The position numbers and the translations under genes were made by a program. Positions 10,073 to 18,754 of a stretch of 64,000 nucleotides of DNA are shown in pieces; position 1 is the first letter of the stretch; every line of letters starts with the position of its first letter. Below the pieces are notes generated by a model. The model had not been told where the DNA came from. It was given only the letters and a program-made list of their open reading frames with translations, and ran no database searches. The DNA is from Bacilli bacterium (GTDB lineage Bacteria; Bacillota_I; Bacilli_A; ML615J-28; CAG-313), in assembly GCA_045589955.1 (NCBI GenBank), contig JAZNQD010000009.1, positions 184,876 to 248,875 of the forward strand, in the 5' to 3' direction.

Positions 10073-11220
10073 TAATATGTCTCTCTCGTTTTGGCTTTAC
10101 CATTTAAACCTTGCATAGCAATTTCAACCATAGCTGTTATTGAACTTAATGACATAGAAATGTGTATAGCATCGATAATATAAGTTCCTGATAAAGCATA
10201 AACCTTATTTGAAGGATCTTGTGCGTCATAATATTCAAAGTTTACTATTTGTGCAAGTCTATATGGTTGGAAGAACTGACTTTCTAGAGTCATATATGAA
10301 GAATAAGTTGACATTATGCGTTTATTTTGCTTTAAAGCATTGTAATAATTAGGATGTAAATTACCAACATCAAACGGATACCAATTTTGTCCTAATCCTT
10401 TTGCCAATTCTTTTGAAATATTGATTAAATTACTTTCTGCCACTACTTTTCTTGATGCAACTTCTTTCCATGAGTACGTTAATAAGTCAAAATATTCATC
10501 TACACCACCATAACCTTCATTTTTTAAGTTATTTGTACCTGCTTGTATTGAACCTTTAGCAGAAGTGTATCCAAATTGTTTTTGTGAAGGATTTGGTATA
10601 GGTGTTTGTACAAAAGTATAGATTTTTTCTTGTCTATTTCTAAATAAATCTGTTAAATTTTTATATAAAAGGCGTTTTTTACGGTCTAAACACCAAAACA
10701 TAGCAGAAGTTTCATTAATATAACCACGTTGAGCCATATAATTGAAAAATTGATAGATATTATTCTCACCTGCTACCCATAATTGTGAATCATTGGTAAA
10801 ATCTATATCTGATTCTAAACCGTATGCTAAAGCAATGTGTCTAAATACTTCACTAGATAAGCCATAAGCGTTATGTTCGTTTGCATGGCTATATCCATCA
10901 AAGAAATCTATTACACCTTCAATAGAAACATTTACAAAGTGTTGATTTAATTCTAATTTTTTAACATTATAGATTCTAAACGTATATTCGTCGGCAATTC
11001 CCCATTTTTTTGATACAATAGAGAATTTAATTTTGGTACCGTCTACAACTGAACGATAATCAAACCAAGAAATAGGAATAGATACTTCTAACTCACAAGT
11101 TGGTATAGGTTTCATAATAGATTCAAATATATCTGCACGTACAAAAACCACACCTTTTGCATCAAATATATTTAAGTCATCAATAAAGATATTTAAATCA
11201 TATACTTCTTGTACTAACAT
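10072..11220 (-). CDS. Baseplate hub protein (gp27/gpD-like)
   Basis: Size and position between the gp53-like and spike genes; weak motif support. Confidence 0.5.
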   Translation of the reverse strand: MLVQEVYDLNIFIDDLNIFDAKGVVFVRADIFESIMKPIPTCELEVSIPISWFDYRSVVDGTKIKFSIVSKKWGIADEYTFRIYNVKKLELNQHFVNVSIEGVIDFFDGYSHANEHNAYGLSSEVFRHIALAYGLESDIDFTNDSQLWVAGENNIYQFFNYMAQRGYINETSAMFWCLDRKKRLLYKNLTDLFRNRQEKIYTFVQTPIPNPSQKQFGYTSAKGSIQAGTNNLKNEGYGGVDEYFDLLTYSWKEVASRKVVAESNLINISKELAKGLGQNWYPFDVGNLHPNYYNALKQNKRIMSTYSSYMTLESQFFQPYRLAQIVNFEYYDAQDPSNKVYALSGTYIIDAIHISMSLSSITAMVEIAMQGLNGKAKTRETY

Positions 11221-11221
11221 A

Positions 11222-11617
11222 TTAATTCAATTCTATTGTTGTACCAATACGAGTTTCTTCTTTTGTACTGTTATTGTTATTTGAATTTTCTACAAAGTTG
11301 TTTATTTGTTCTGGCGAGTTAATAGAATAAATCCAGTTTTCATTTAATTGTGTAAATGGATCATCTAATCTATTTAATAGAAGTAACCACCACCAATATT
11401 TTTCATCACCTAAAGCAGAATGCATAGCAATTAAGTCTGGATAGTCTGCTTCATGATTAGCAACTAAATAACGCTGAACTTCATTAAAAGAATATGCTTG
11501 TTCGTTAAAGAATGAAAATAAATTAACTAAGCCGGCATTTATATCTGCTGTAGATACTTTATTATTATCTATAGTAATTTCATCAAAGAATGAATTAAAA
11601 GATGTTGTATTTGCCAT
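11222..11617 (-). CDS. Baseplate wedge gp53-like (LysM-type) protein
   Basis: DYPDLIA...LGDEKYWWWLLLLNRLDDPF pattern. Confidence 0.75.
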   Translation of the reverse strand: MANTTSFNSFFDEITIDNNKVSTADINAGLVNLFSFFNEQAYSFNEVQRYLVANHEADYPDLIAMHSALGDEKYWWWLLLLNRLDDPFTQLNENWIYSINSPEQINNFVENSNNNNSTKEETRIGTTIELN

Positions 11618-11622
11618 TTATA

Positions 11623-12627
11623 TTAACTCCGCATCCTAATCATATCTTGAATACTAGAAGCGATACTACCCGCGGTTACTTTAGAAGTATCAACGTTACC
11701 TGTACCCATATAGGTTTGGTGCTTAAGCCACAACATATTACTGTATGTATTTGCTGTCATAGCTTCGATTGTAGATAATTCAATTGTAACAACTGCTAAA
11801 AGTGGCACTAAATAATCAGAACCACTTTGACCTGGAGCTTGTGATGATGGATACCAGTGACGAATCATTGTTTTTGTATTAGGATATTCTACGTTTATGC
11901 CTTCTATAATACAATTATCTACTAATAACATACCACCAAGTTGTAACATTATTCTAGCATTAGTTGGACCAAATTCTAGATTTTGGCCGGCTTCTTCTCC
12001 ATATTGTATTTTCATTTTAAGGGGAGAAGGGGGTGGAGTATAGAAGCCGTATTCACCAAATCTACTAGGTAAGCACAAACCACCTAAAAATTCCAATGCT
12101 TCCACAAAGTTAGTGTTTATACCTGTTGCATCAGCATTGTTTTCATAACCATCATCAATTACAGGAATTCTTAAACTTAATGACAATGGTTCTGAACCGT
12201 TCCAAATCTTTAAAGTAGACGCACGGTTAACGCCTGAATCAAAGTTACCTCCTGCTTTTGTTCCTATTGTTTGCATCAAGGCATTAAACATCGGATTACC
12301 AAAATTACTTAGTGGAGCTTCCCATCTTGAACCTATTTTATACGATAGAGATTCCGGTAGATTAGCAGAGATTAAATATGTATTAGTCTCTTGTTGTACT
12401 GTGTGATGATACATTCCTCCAAAATCTTTAATGTATAACCTAGTTTGATGGAATTGTCTTAAATGTTTGTTTGTAGCTCCTCCATTTTCTGGTGCAATTC
12501 CTACATTCGAAAAGTCTAATGATTTATGTACATTTTTCTTATTTCTTATTTGGTCATAAGTGCTAATATATTCCATATTAACTACTGATGAACTCGTTGC
12601 TGCTTTGAATATAGGACTATTACTCAT
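11623..12627 (-). CDS. Baseplate tail-tube cap (gp48-like)
   Basis: Tube-like fold segments (CIIEGINVEY...VTIELSTIE) and synteny. Confidence 0.5.
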   Translation of the reverse strand: MSNSPIFKAATSSSVVNMEYISTYDQIRNKKNVHKSLDFSNVGIAPENGGATNKHLRQFHQTRLYIKDFGGMYHHTVQQETNTYLISANLPESLSYKIGSRWEAPLSNFGNPMFNALMQTIGTKAGGNFDSGVNRASTLKIWNGSEPLSLSLRIPVIDDGYENNADATGINTNFVEALEFLGGLCLPSRFGEYGFYTPPPSPLKMKIQYGEEAGQNLEFGPTNARIMLQLGGMLLVDNCIIEGINVEYPNTKTMIRHWYPSSQAPGQSGSDYLVPLLAVVTIELSTIEAMTANTYSNMLWLKHQTYMGTGNVDTSKVTAGSIASSIQDMIRMRS

Positions 12628-13179
12628 TTAATACATTCGCTTTACTTTAATTCGTTTTACATTACGTGTAGAGTATGTATCTACAATTGTTTGATAATCA
12701 AATTCATCTTGGAAAGTTTCTAATGCGTCTTTTGAAGTAAACATTGCAATAAAACCTTCTTTTGGACTATATGGATCTGGATCATCAGTGTTAATTGTAA
12801 TTAGATTGGTTATTTGATAGTAGAAATCACCATCTTCTTTACCATCGGTATAAACATAGTAGTTACTTACATCAGGTGAAGTTCCAGTTCTTCCATTTGC
12901 ACCACAGTTTCTAATTCTACCTGTGTTTGAACTATCTAAATATTCTCTATTTTTCTTATCACGAAGGAATTCTCTACAATCTTCATGACTTTCGAACCAT
13001 AAACTTGTATGATTTGCATTAAAGATAGCTCCAGAACCATCACGTAAATGCCATACTTGTTCACGTTCACATTCTAATCCATCTACTGTATACTTACATT
13101 TAGAACTTGTATTAATTCCTTCAGGTAAACTTGCACAACCTGTTAAAAATAACAAAACAACTATTAATAAATTTTTCAT
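12628..13179 (-). CDS. Lipoprotein of unknown function (moron-like insertion)
   Basis: MKNLLIVVLLFLTG-C lipobox; has its own sigma70-like promoter. Confidence 0.7.
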   Translation of the reverse strand: MKNLLIVVLLFLTGCASLPEGINTSSKCKYTVDGLECEREQVWHLRDGSGAIFNANHTSLWFESHEDCREFLRDKKNREYLDSSNTGRIRNCGANGRTGTSPDVSNYYVYTDGKEDGDFYYQITNLITINTDDPDPYSPKEGFIAMFTSKDALETFQDEFDYQTIVDTYSTRNVKRIKVKRMY

Positions 13180-13211
13180 GACACTTCTCCCTTTGTTTAT
13201 CTTATAATTTC

Positions 13212-13240
13212 ATTATGCCATGATTTACTATATATGTAAA
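13212..13240 (-). promoter_or_regulatory. Sigma70-like promoter TTTACA-N17-CATAAT
   Basis: Exact 17-bp spacer; closely similar to the promoter at 62178-62206. Confidence 0.65.
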
Positions 13241-13269
13241 ACAGTTTTTATTATTTTTTTAACATTTTT

Positions 13270-15627
13270 TTATGAATACATTAGGGTTTGTGCAAAATCA
13301 CCTACCGGATATACAGATTTATCAGATTGCATATAAACATTATTCTGATATACAGTCGGTTGTTGCTGATTTAGGTTATTAGCGTGTTGAATAGAAGCGT
13401 TTTGTTCTAATTCTACTACTTTCATGCCATTTAATTGAGCGATTTGTGTACTATTACGTTCTTCGGCTGATTGTACGTATGGAGTATCTAAAGGCAATGT
13501 AGTAGGACCATCACCTGCACCATTTGCAATTTTACCGGCTCCTAATTGTGCGTATTGACCATTTACCATAGAAGCAACTATACCACCACGTTGAGCATTG
13601 GCATCATATTCTACGTGTAACCATCTTGTATTACCACTTTTTTCTGCTATTGCTCTTGTAAATGGTATTTTGTGAGCTTGCATTATTTTAATTAATTGAT
13701 TTGGATTAATACCGTCAACTTGTAAATCAATTGCTTTTCCGGTTAAATGTTTTGAATTACTAGCACCGCCAACAGAAGCGTTATAATATTTATTTCTATA
13801 GGAACTTGTAATGCGAACGTTGTGTGAGCCAGCACCGTACATCTCGTTTAATGCATTTTGTAAAGGATTAACCACATTATCTCTTACTGCATTTACATTG
13901 TTTGCGATATTGTGTGGAATATAACCGTTTCTGTGAATTGATGTATTTAAAGGTACATCGCCTGGCGCATCTCCAAAGTTTTTATCTTCTTTTTTAAATG
14001 TTTGTTTTTGAGCTAAAGTATCAGCGGTTTCATCATCTTCCCCTGACCACCAATTTTTTACTTTGCCTACAAGAGTTTTTGATAATTCTACTAAACCACC
14101 ACCGGCAAATCCAATAAGTGCACCTTTAATTGCTCCCATTGGACCCATTTTACTACCAATTACTGCGCCTAAAATACCTGCTTCAAATACTAAAGAAGGT
14201 AAACCCATAATTGTATTTGGCATTCCATTTTCATCTGTACCAAAAGGATTTAATTTACTAAGGTTTTTTGATAATTCGATAATTGTACCGCCACCTAAAC
14301 CGATTGCGGCACCCATTGCAGCACCTTTAAGACCAGCAGCTTGACTTCCTAATGTAGCACCTAAAACAGCTAATCCAAAAGTAGGAGCTGGAATTCCAAA
14401 TATTGCCGTTTCAGCTTGGCCGTCTGCAGTAAATATTGTATCCCAATTAGCAACCATATCGGCAATTTTACCACCAGCTATACTTAAACCGGCACCGATT
14501 AAAGCTCCTCTAATACCAAATTTACTTCCGATAACAGCACCTGGTAAAGCATCTACTAAAATATCACTTACACCAGCAGAAGTAACATCACCTAAGCCTA
14601 AACTTCCTTCTAAGAAACCCGATAACATTTCTTTGGCGTTATCTCTAACACCGCTTAATAATCCCATTACAACAGTGCTACCTATTGTTGATAATAAACC
14701 TGTACCAACCATAGATACCATGCCAGAAATCGAAGACATTAATTTACTTATTAAACCGGGTTCTTCTTTCTGTTTTTCTTCTTGTTTTTCTTTTGGCTTT
14801 TGACCAAGTAATTCAATGATACTATCTAATTTAGCGTTTAATTCTGAGTCTTTAGATTTTTCAATAGCAGAAGCGCTTTCACTATGTTCCTTTTTAATAG
14901 AAGCATTTGTGAGTTTTTCTATTGTAAAAGATGCAATACCACCAACTAATTTATCTATACCTAAACTTTGTACTACCGCTGGATTTAATATGCCACCAGA
15001 TAATACAGAAACCGCAGTACTCTTCCAAGGACTAGATTCAGTAGTTCCTATATGGGCTTTTAATTGACCAAAAGGTGATTCTGTTCTACGTTCCTCTTCT
15101 AAGGCTTTGTCTAATTGTAAAGTACGTAATTCTCTTTCTTTTTCTTTAATCGGTAAATTTTGAAAGTCTGTTTCTAATGAAGCAATAGCCTTATATAACT
15201 GAATACGATTCTTTAATAAATTAGTTTCTTTATTTTCTTTTTCAATAGAAGAAGTACGCATGGTCTTAGGATCTTTCATTTTACCTAGCCATTCGTAATT
15301 CATAGCCTTTCTACGTGATTCTAAGGCAGCTTCTTCTTGAGCTTTTCTTAAATTACTTACATTCTTTAAGAAATCTTTTATGGTAGTATTTAATTCTTTT
15401 TGTTGGTCTGATAAGTTGAATAAAGTTTTTGTTTGTGCTGACGATTCTATGGCTTGAGCTTTACTTGAAGAAGCCATATTTGTAAGTGCAGAAGATTGTT
15501 TACGTAATACTTCTGTTTGTTTTAAATTCTGTTCTGCTAAATCTGCTACACTATCAGCTAATTTAGAAAGAGATTCATTAGCTTTAGGTTCATTTTCAGG
15601 TATTTTAATTTTTGTCGTATTAGCCAT
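13270..15627 (-). CDS. Tape measure protein with C-terminal peptidase M15 (D-Ala-D-Ala peptidase-like) domain
   Basis: Coiled-coil N-terminus, Gly/Ala-rich repeats, RITSSYR...NASVGGASNSKHLTGKAIDL...WLHVEY M15 motifs. Confidence 0.8.
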   Translation of the reverse strand: MANTTKIKIPENEPKANESLSKLADSVADLAEQNLKQTEVLRKQSSALTNMASSSKAQAIESSAQTKTLFNLSDQQKELNTTIKDFLKNVSNLRKAQEEAALESRRKAMNYEWLGKMKDPKTMRTSSIEKENKETNLLKNRIQLYKAIASLETDFQNLPIKEKERELRTLQLDKALEEERRTESPFGQLKAHIGTTESSPWKSTAVSVLSGGILNPAVVQSLGIDKLVGGIASFTIEKLTNASIKKEHSESASAIEKSKDSELNAKLDSIIELLGQKPKEKQEEKQKEEPGLISKLMSSISGMVSMVGTGLLSTIGSTVVMGLLSGVRDNAKEMLSGFLEGSLGLGDVTSAGVSDILVDALPGAVIGSKFGIRGALIGAGLSIAGGKIADMVANWDTIFTADGQAETAIFGIPAPTFGLAVLGATLGSQAAGLKGAAMGAAIGLGGGTIIELSKNLSKLNPFGTDENGMPNTIMGLPSLVFEAGILGAVIGSKMGPMGAIKGALIGFAGGGLVELSKTLVGKVKNWWSGEDDETADTLAQKQTFKKEDKNFGDAPGDVPLNTSIHRNGYIPHNIANNVNAVRDNVVNPLQNALNEMYGAGSHNVRITSSYRNKYYNASVGGASNSKHLTGKAIDLQVDGINPNQLIKIMQAHKIPFTRAIAEKSGNTRWLHVEYDANAQRGGIVASMVNGQYAQLGAGKIANGAGDGPTTLPLDTPYVQSAEERNSTQIAQLNGMKVVELEQNASIQHANNLNQQQPTVYQNNVYMQSDKSVYPVGDFAQTLMYS

Positions 15628-15809
15628 TATCCAAACTTATTCATTGCTTCTTTTTGTTCTTTTTCTAAATCAATTAGATGCTGTGCATGACGATTATGAA
15701 ACCACTCAAAATAATCCCAAGGCATAGTTACTACATCTTCATAGCCTAATTTTAAGTGATACATTAACCACCATTCGCGTTCTAAAATGTCATTTAAATC
15801 AAACAGCGG
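15627..15809 (-). CDS. Unannotated gp51-like chaperone C-terminal frame (probable frameshift extension of the upstream gene)
   Basis: Frame PLFDLNDILEREWWLMYHLKLGYEDVVTMPWDYFEWF...KFG-stop. It has no N-terminal ATG, and its TAA overlaps the tape-measure ATG (TAATG). Confidence 0.65.
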   Translation of the reverse strand, partial: PLFDLNDILEREWWLMYHLKLGYEDVVTMPWDYFEWFHNRHAQHLIDLEKEQKEAMNKFG

Positions 15810-16533
15810 AAAAAAATTCCTCTAGTGCTAAAATATATGCTCTAGAGCTCTCCTTTCCACACTTAGGACATTTTACAAGTATTTCTTCTTTTACACCCCA
15901 GATAGATTTTGTAAACCAATCTTCTATCGCAATAATATCTTCAGCTGTTACTACACCTTGTTCTGCCAACTCATACATTTCTAATAATGTTTTATCACCA
16001 GAGATTAAGCAAAGGTCTAATAGCAACAATCTCATTTGTGTATCAGTAGGATCGATATTTTTTAGTTTAATTAAGTTATCAATAGAAATATCGTCTTTTA
16101 TTATTTTATTGCGAATTTCTGTTTTGCCTAGATGTGTTAAGTCAACAGTATATTGCAAATCTTCAATATCGTCTGGAGTAGCAATTTGTAAATCACCCAT
16201 ATTTAAAGTTACTTGAATTGTATTATCGCACTCTTTATCTAAACATACAAAGTTTAATTTAATTGGATGCTTTTCATAAGTAGTAAAACGAATAAAATAC
16301 AATATATATTGTACATCAAACCAAAACAACTCTTCAAAAGTCATTTCTGGATTATCAAAGGTAACTAATTTTTTAATGAAATCTATATAATCTTGATTTG
16401 TTTTTTGTTGTTTTTGTGATAGAGATAATATAAATTTTTGTTCGATAGGTGTAATTTTTCTAACACTTGCACTAAACTGCTTTTTATATAGCATTTTACC
16501 CGGCAAGTCAATTGGTACGAATTGTTGTATCAT
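15799..16533 (-). CDS. Baseplate hub assembly/tail assembly chaperone (gp26-like)
   Basis: CxxxxC and CPKC pairs, ends LEEFFSAV; immediately upstream of the tape measure. Confidence 0.7.
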   Translation of the reverse strand: MIQQFVPIDLPGKMLYKKQFSASVRKITPIEQKFILSLSQKQQKTNQDYIDFIKKLVTFDNPEMTFEELFWFDVQYILYFIRFTTYEKHPIKLNFVCLDKECDNTIQVTLNMGDLQIATPDDIEDLQYTVDLTHLGKTEIRNKIIKDDISIDNLIKLKNIDPTDTQMRLLLLDLCLISGDKTLLEMYELAEQGVVTAEDIIAIEDWFTKSIWGVKEEILVKCPKCGKESSRAYILALEEFFSAV

Positions 16534-16547
16534 TTATTTCTCCTTTT

Positions 16548-17282
16548 TTAACCATAGATACTATCAGCGTCGTATTGTGAAGCTTCACTGCTTTTACTAA
16601 ATAATCCGCTGACTAATTTATCACCAATACTAAGCGGTGATGATACTAATTCACTTACAATAGCCTTATTCTTTAATGTTGAATCAAAAACGATTTTATC
16701 CATTTTAAATTTAGCCATTAAGCGTAATCTTTTTGGATCCTCTGTATATTCAAGCTTATATGTATCTTGATAATATGGAAAACATCCTTTTAATGTATAA
16801 TGTGCTACAGATAAAGAACTGACACCAACATTTCCTGGTCCAAAAAAATATACCTCTATATCTTTTTTATAAACTGACATTGGATTATAATATTCGCCGT
16901 CATCATCAAATATTAATTTTTTCCAGCTATCAAGATAATATTGTATTAACATACCAGACGAACAAAAGAATGTGATTGAAACATCTTGATAGTTTTGAAT
17001 ATCATCAGGTACATTACACCAACCTGTACGAACACGTCTTGAATTTGTACCAAAGTTTCTAACACCAAATACAATTTCTTCTACAATAGGTGTATAAGCA
17101 TTATACGCGTTTGAAGCAGCTCCAGTTACATTATCCCAAATACCACTTAAACTTGTCCAGCTATTATCTGTCTTTTTCTGTTTTCCATTTAAATATAATG
17201 TAGGCATAACAACTTCAAATTGATTATCGAGTTGTTCATCTGCAATGTTATCTATTTGTAATTGTGATTGAAAACGAAGCAT
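16548..17282 (-). CDS. Tail tube-fold protein (gp54-like tube initiator)
   Basis: DVSITFF...YLDSWKKLI...YKKDIEV...YTLKGCFP gp19-family pattern. Confidence 0.65.
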   Translation of the reverse strand: MLRFQSQLQIDNIADEQLDNQFEVVMPTLYLNGKQKKTDNSWTSLSGIWDNVTGAASNAYNAYTPIVEEIVFGVRNFGTNSRRVRTGWCNVPDDIQNYQDVSITFFCSSGMLIQYYLDSWKKLIFDDDGEYYNPMSVYKKDIEVYFFGPGNVGVSSLSVAHYTLKGCFPYYQDTYKLEYTEDPKRLRLMAKFKMDKIVFDSTLKNKAIVSELVSSPLSIGDKLVSGLFSKSSEASQYDADSIYG

Positions 17283-17287
17283 GTATA

Positions 17288-17899
17288 TTATCCAAATAAA
17301 GCTGTTACAGAATACGCATTGTCTGAGAAATAATCGTAATTAAATTCAATATCTACACTTACTGGTTCGGAACTACTAGGGTCAATTGAAGTAACTGTAT
17401 AACTAACTGGATAAAACCCTTTTAACCAAATAGTTCTTTTATCTAACTCTTTTCCTGATTTGGGATCTTTTATTCCACTACCAATAATGACCTGAGCTGT
17501 TCCAACATAAGCAGTTCTCGGTATTCTAGTTCCTAAGATTGGACTGTGTATAATATCACACCAGGCTTGTATAATATTTAATACACTACCTTCTAAATCT
17601 TCGGTTACAGTACATTTCCAAATACCTGATTTATCTTGTATTGTACCAGTTGTTCTTTTGTGCCCACCTAATACCAGTGTACTTTTTTTAATTTTTGTTC
17701 CAGGATATGAAAAAGATGTACAACGCAAACGTAATGTTTCTGCGCTTGCGACTTTTGTATTTCCAGAAAGTTTACCTACTACCTGTTGAGTCAATCTACT
17801 AAGTAATAAACCTGGTGTATCTGATATAATAAATTCTACTTGTGATTGCTTTAGCGGGTCTTGTAACTTACGTATTTCACTAAGTGTTTTTAATGCCAT
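17288..17899 (-). CDS. Tail tube-fold protein (gp19 family paralog)
   Basis: LRCTSFSYPG...IQAWCD...LKGFYP...DIEFNYDYF. Confidence 0.65.
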   Translation of the reverse strand: MALKTLSEIRKLQDPLKQSQVEFIISDTPGLLLSRLTQQVVGKLSGNTKVASAETLRLRCTSFSYPGTKIKKSTLVLGGHKRTTGTIQDKSGIWKCTVTEDLEGSVLNIIQAWCDIIHSPILGTRIPRTAYVGTAQVIIGSGIKDPKSGKELDKRTIWLKGFYPVSYTVTSIDPSSSEPVSVDIEFNYDYFSDNAYSVTALFG

Positions 17900-17948
17900 A
17901 GTATAAAATAAAAATGTGGGAAAATTAATTAAATAAATACTTATTAAT

Positions 17949-17954
17949 TAGAAC
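17949..17954 (-). promoter_or_regulatory. GTTCTA box upstream of the tube paralog operon
   Basis: Recurrent motif followed by an A/T run. Confidence 0.5.
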
Positions 17955-17993
17955 TGATTGGATACATAATTAAAAATGTATCCTTAATTAAAA

Positions 17994-18026
17994 ATAATGC
18001 CCTAAACATAAAGCTCAGAGCATTAT
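17994..18026 (-). terminator. Intrinsic terminator after the major tube gene
   Basis: 14-bp stem whose G-U pairs form only in the minus-strand RNA, followed by a U-run. Confidence 0.65.
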
Positions 18027-18057
18027 TATAACTACGTGAAAACAACAATATTAAAAA

Positions 18058-18609
18058 TTAGTCGTTTTCATCACCCATTAAGAAGTAGTTGTAACTTAAT
18101 GTAGTTGTAATCTCAATTGGATCAGAACTTGAAGCGTTAATTGTTGGGAATGATACTTCTGATGGGAATACGTCGAACAATCTCATATCATAACGAGTCA
18201 AGCCTTCTGGTTTTGGTTCGTATACATCAGGGTTTACTAATGCAACGTTAACATCTGCTGTATAAGATTCAAGTAAAGAGATAGTACCGTTTTTATAGTT
18301 GTGGTACATATTACACCAAACTTTAAAAGCTTCTGTAATTGAAGAATCCCAAACTTCAGTAAAGGTAACTGTCCAATCACCAGCACGAGTTTGTTTACCG
18401 GCGTAACGTCTTTCGAAGCCACCCCATTGTACAGTTGTTTTATCACCTGTAATTTTTGGTAAGCCAAATGTTTGACAACGTAATTCGAGGTTATCTGTTT
18501 TAATTAATGATGTTAATGGCGATCCAGCTTTGAAAACAATCTGGAATGTAGCCACAAACATTTTCAAAGGATCCTTAAGATTCTGTACCTTACTTAATGG
18601 ATGTAACAT
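18058..18609 (-). CDS. Major tail tube protein (T4 gp19-like)
   Basis: LRCQTFGLP...YAGKQTRAGDWTVTFTE...LFDVFPSEV...TTTLSYNYF. Confidence 0.8.
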   Translation of the reverse strand: MLHPLSKVQNLKDPLKMFVATFQIVFKAGSPLTSLIKTDNLELRCQTFGLPKITGDKTTVQWGGFERRYAGKQTRAGDWTVTFTEVWDSSITEAFKVWCNMYHNYKNGTISLLESYTADVNVALVNPDVYEPKPEGLTRYDMRLFDVFPSEVSFPTINASSSDPIEITTTLSYNYFLMGDEND

Positions 18610-18679
18610 ATGTTTGTTTCCTTATCGTTAATGTTAAAATTTTTAAATAGTAGACCGCCACTTGGTGTTCTTATTTAAA

Positions 18680-18685
18680 TAGAAC
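18680..18685 (-). promoter_or_regulatory. GTTCTA box upstream of the major tail tube gene
   Basis: Recurrent motif followed by an A/T run. Confidence 0.5.
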
Positions 18686-18754
18686 GATATAAATTTTTTG
18701 TTTTATTTTTATGCATACTTCTTTATAATTAAAAAAATATTAGGAGATGATTTT

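Noticed and set aside
17960-17983. GGATACAT/ATGTATCC inverted repeat
   Set aside because: A single short palindrome between a terminator and a promoter box, with no second copy noticed and no assignable function.
16548-18609. Three tube-fold paralogs in a row
   Set aside because: Expected for T4-like tails (gp19 plus gp54/gp48-type initiators); not novel.
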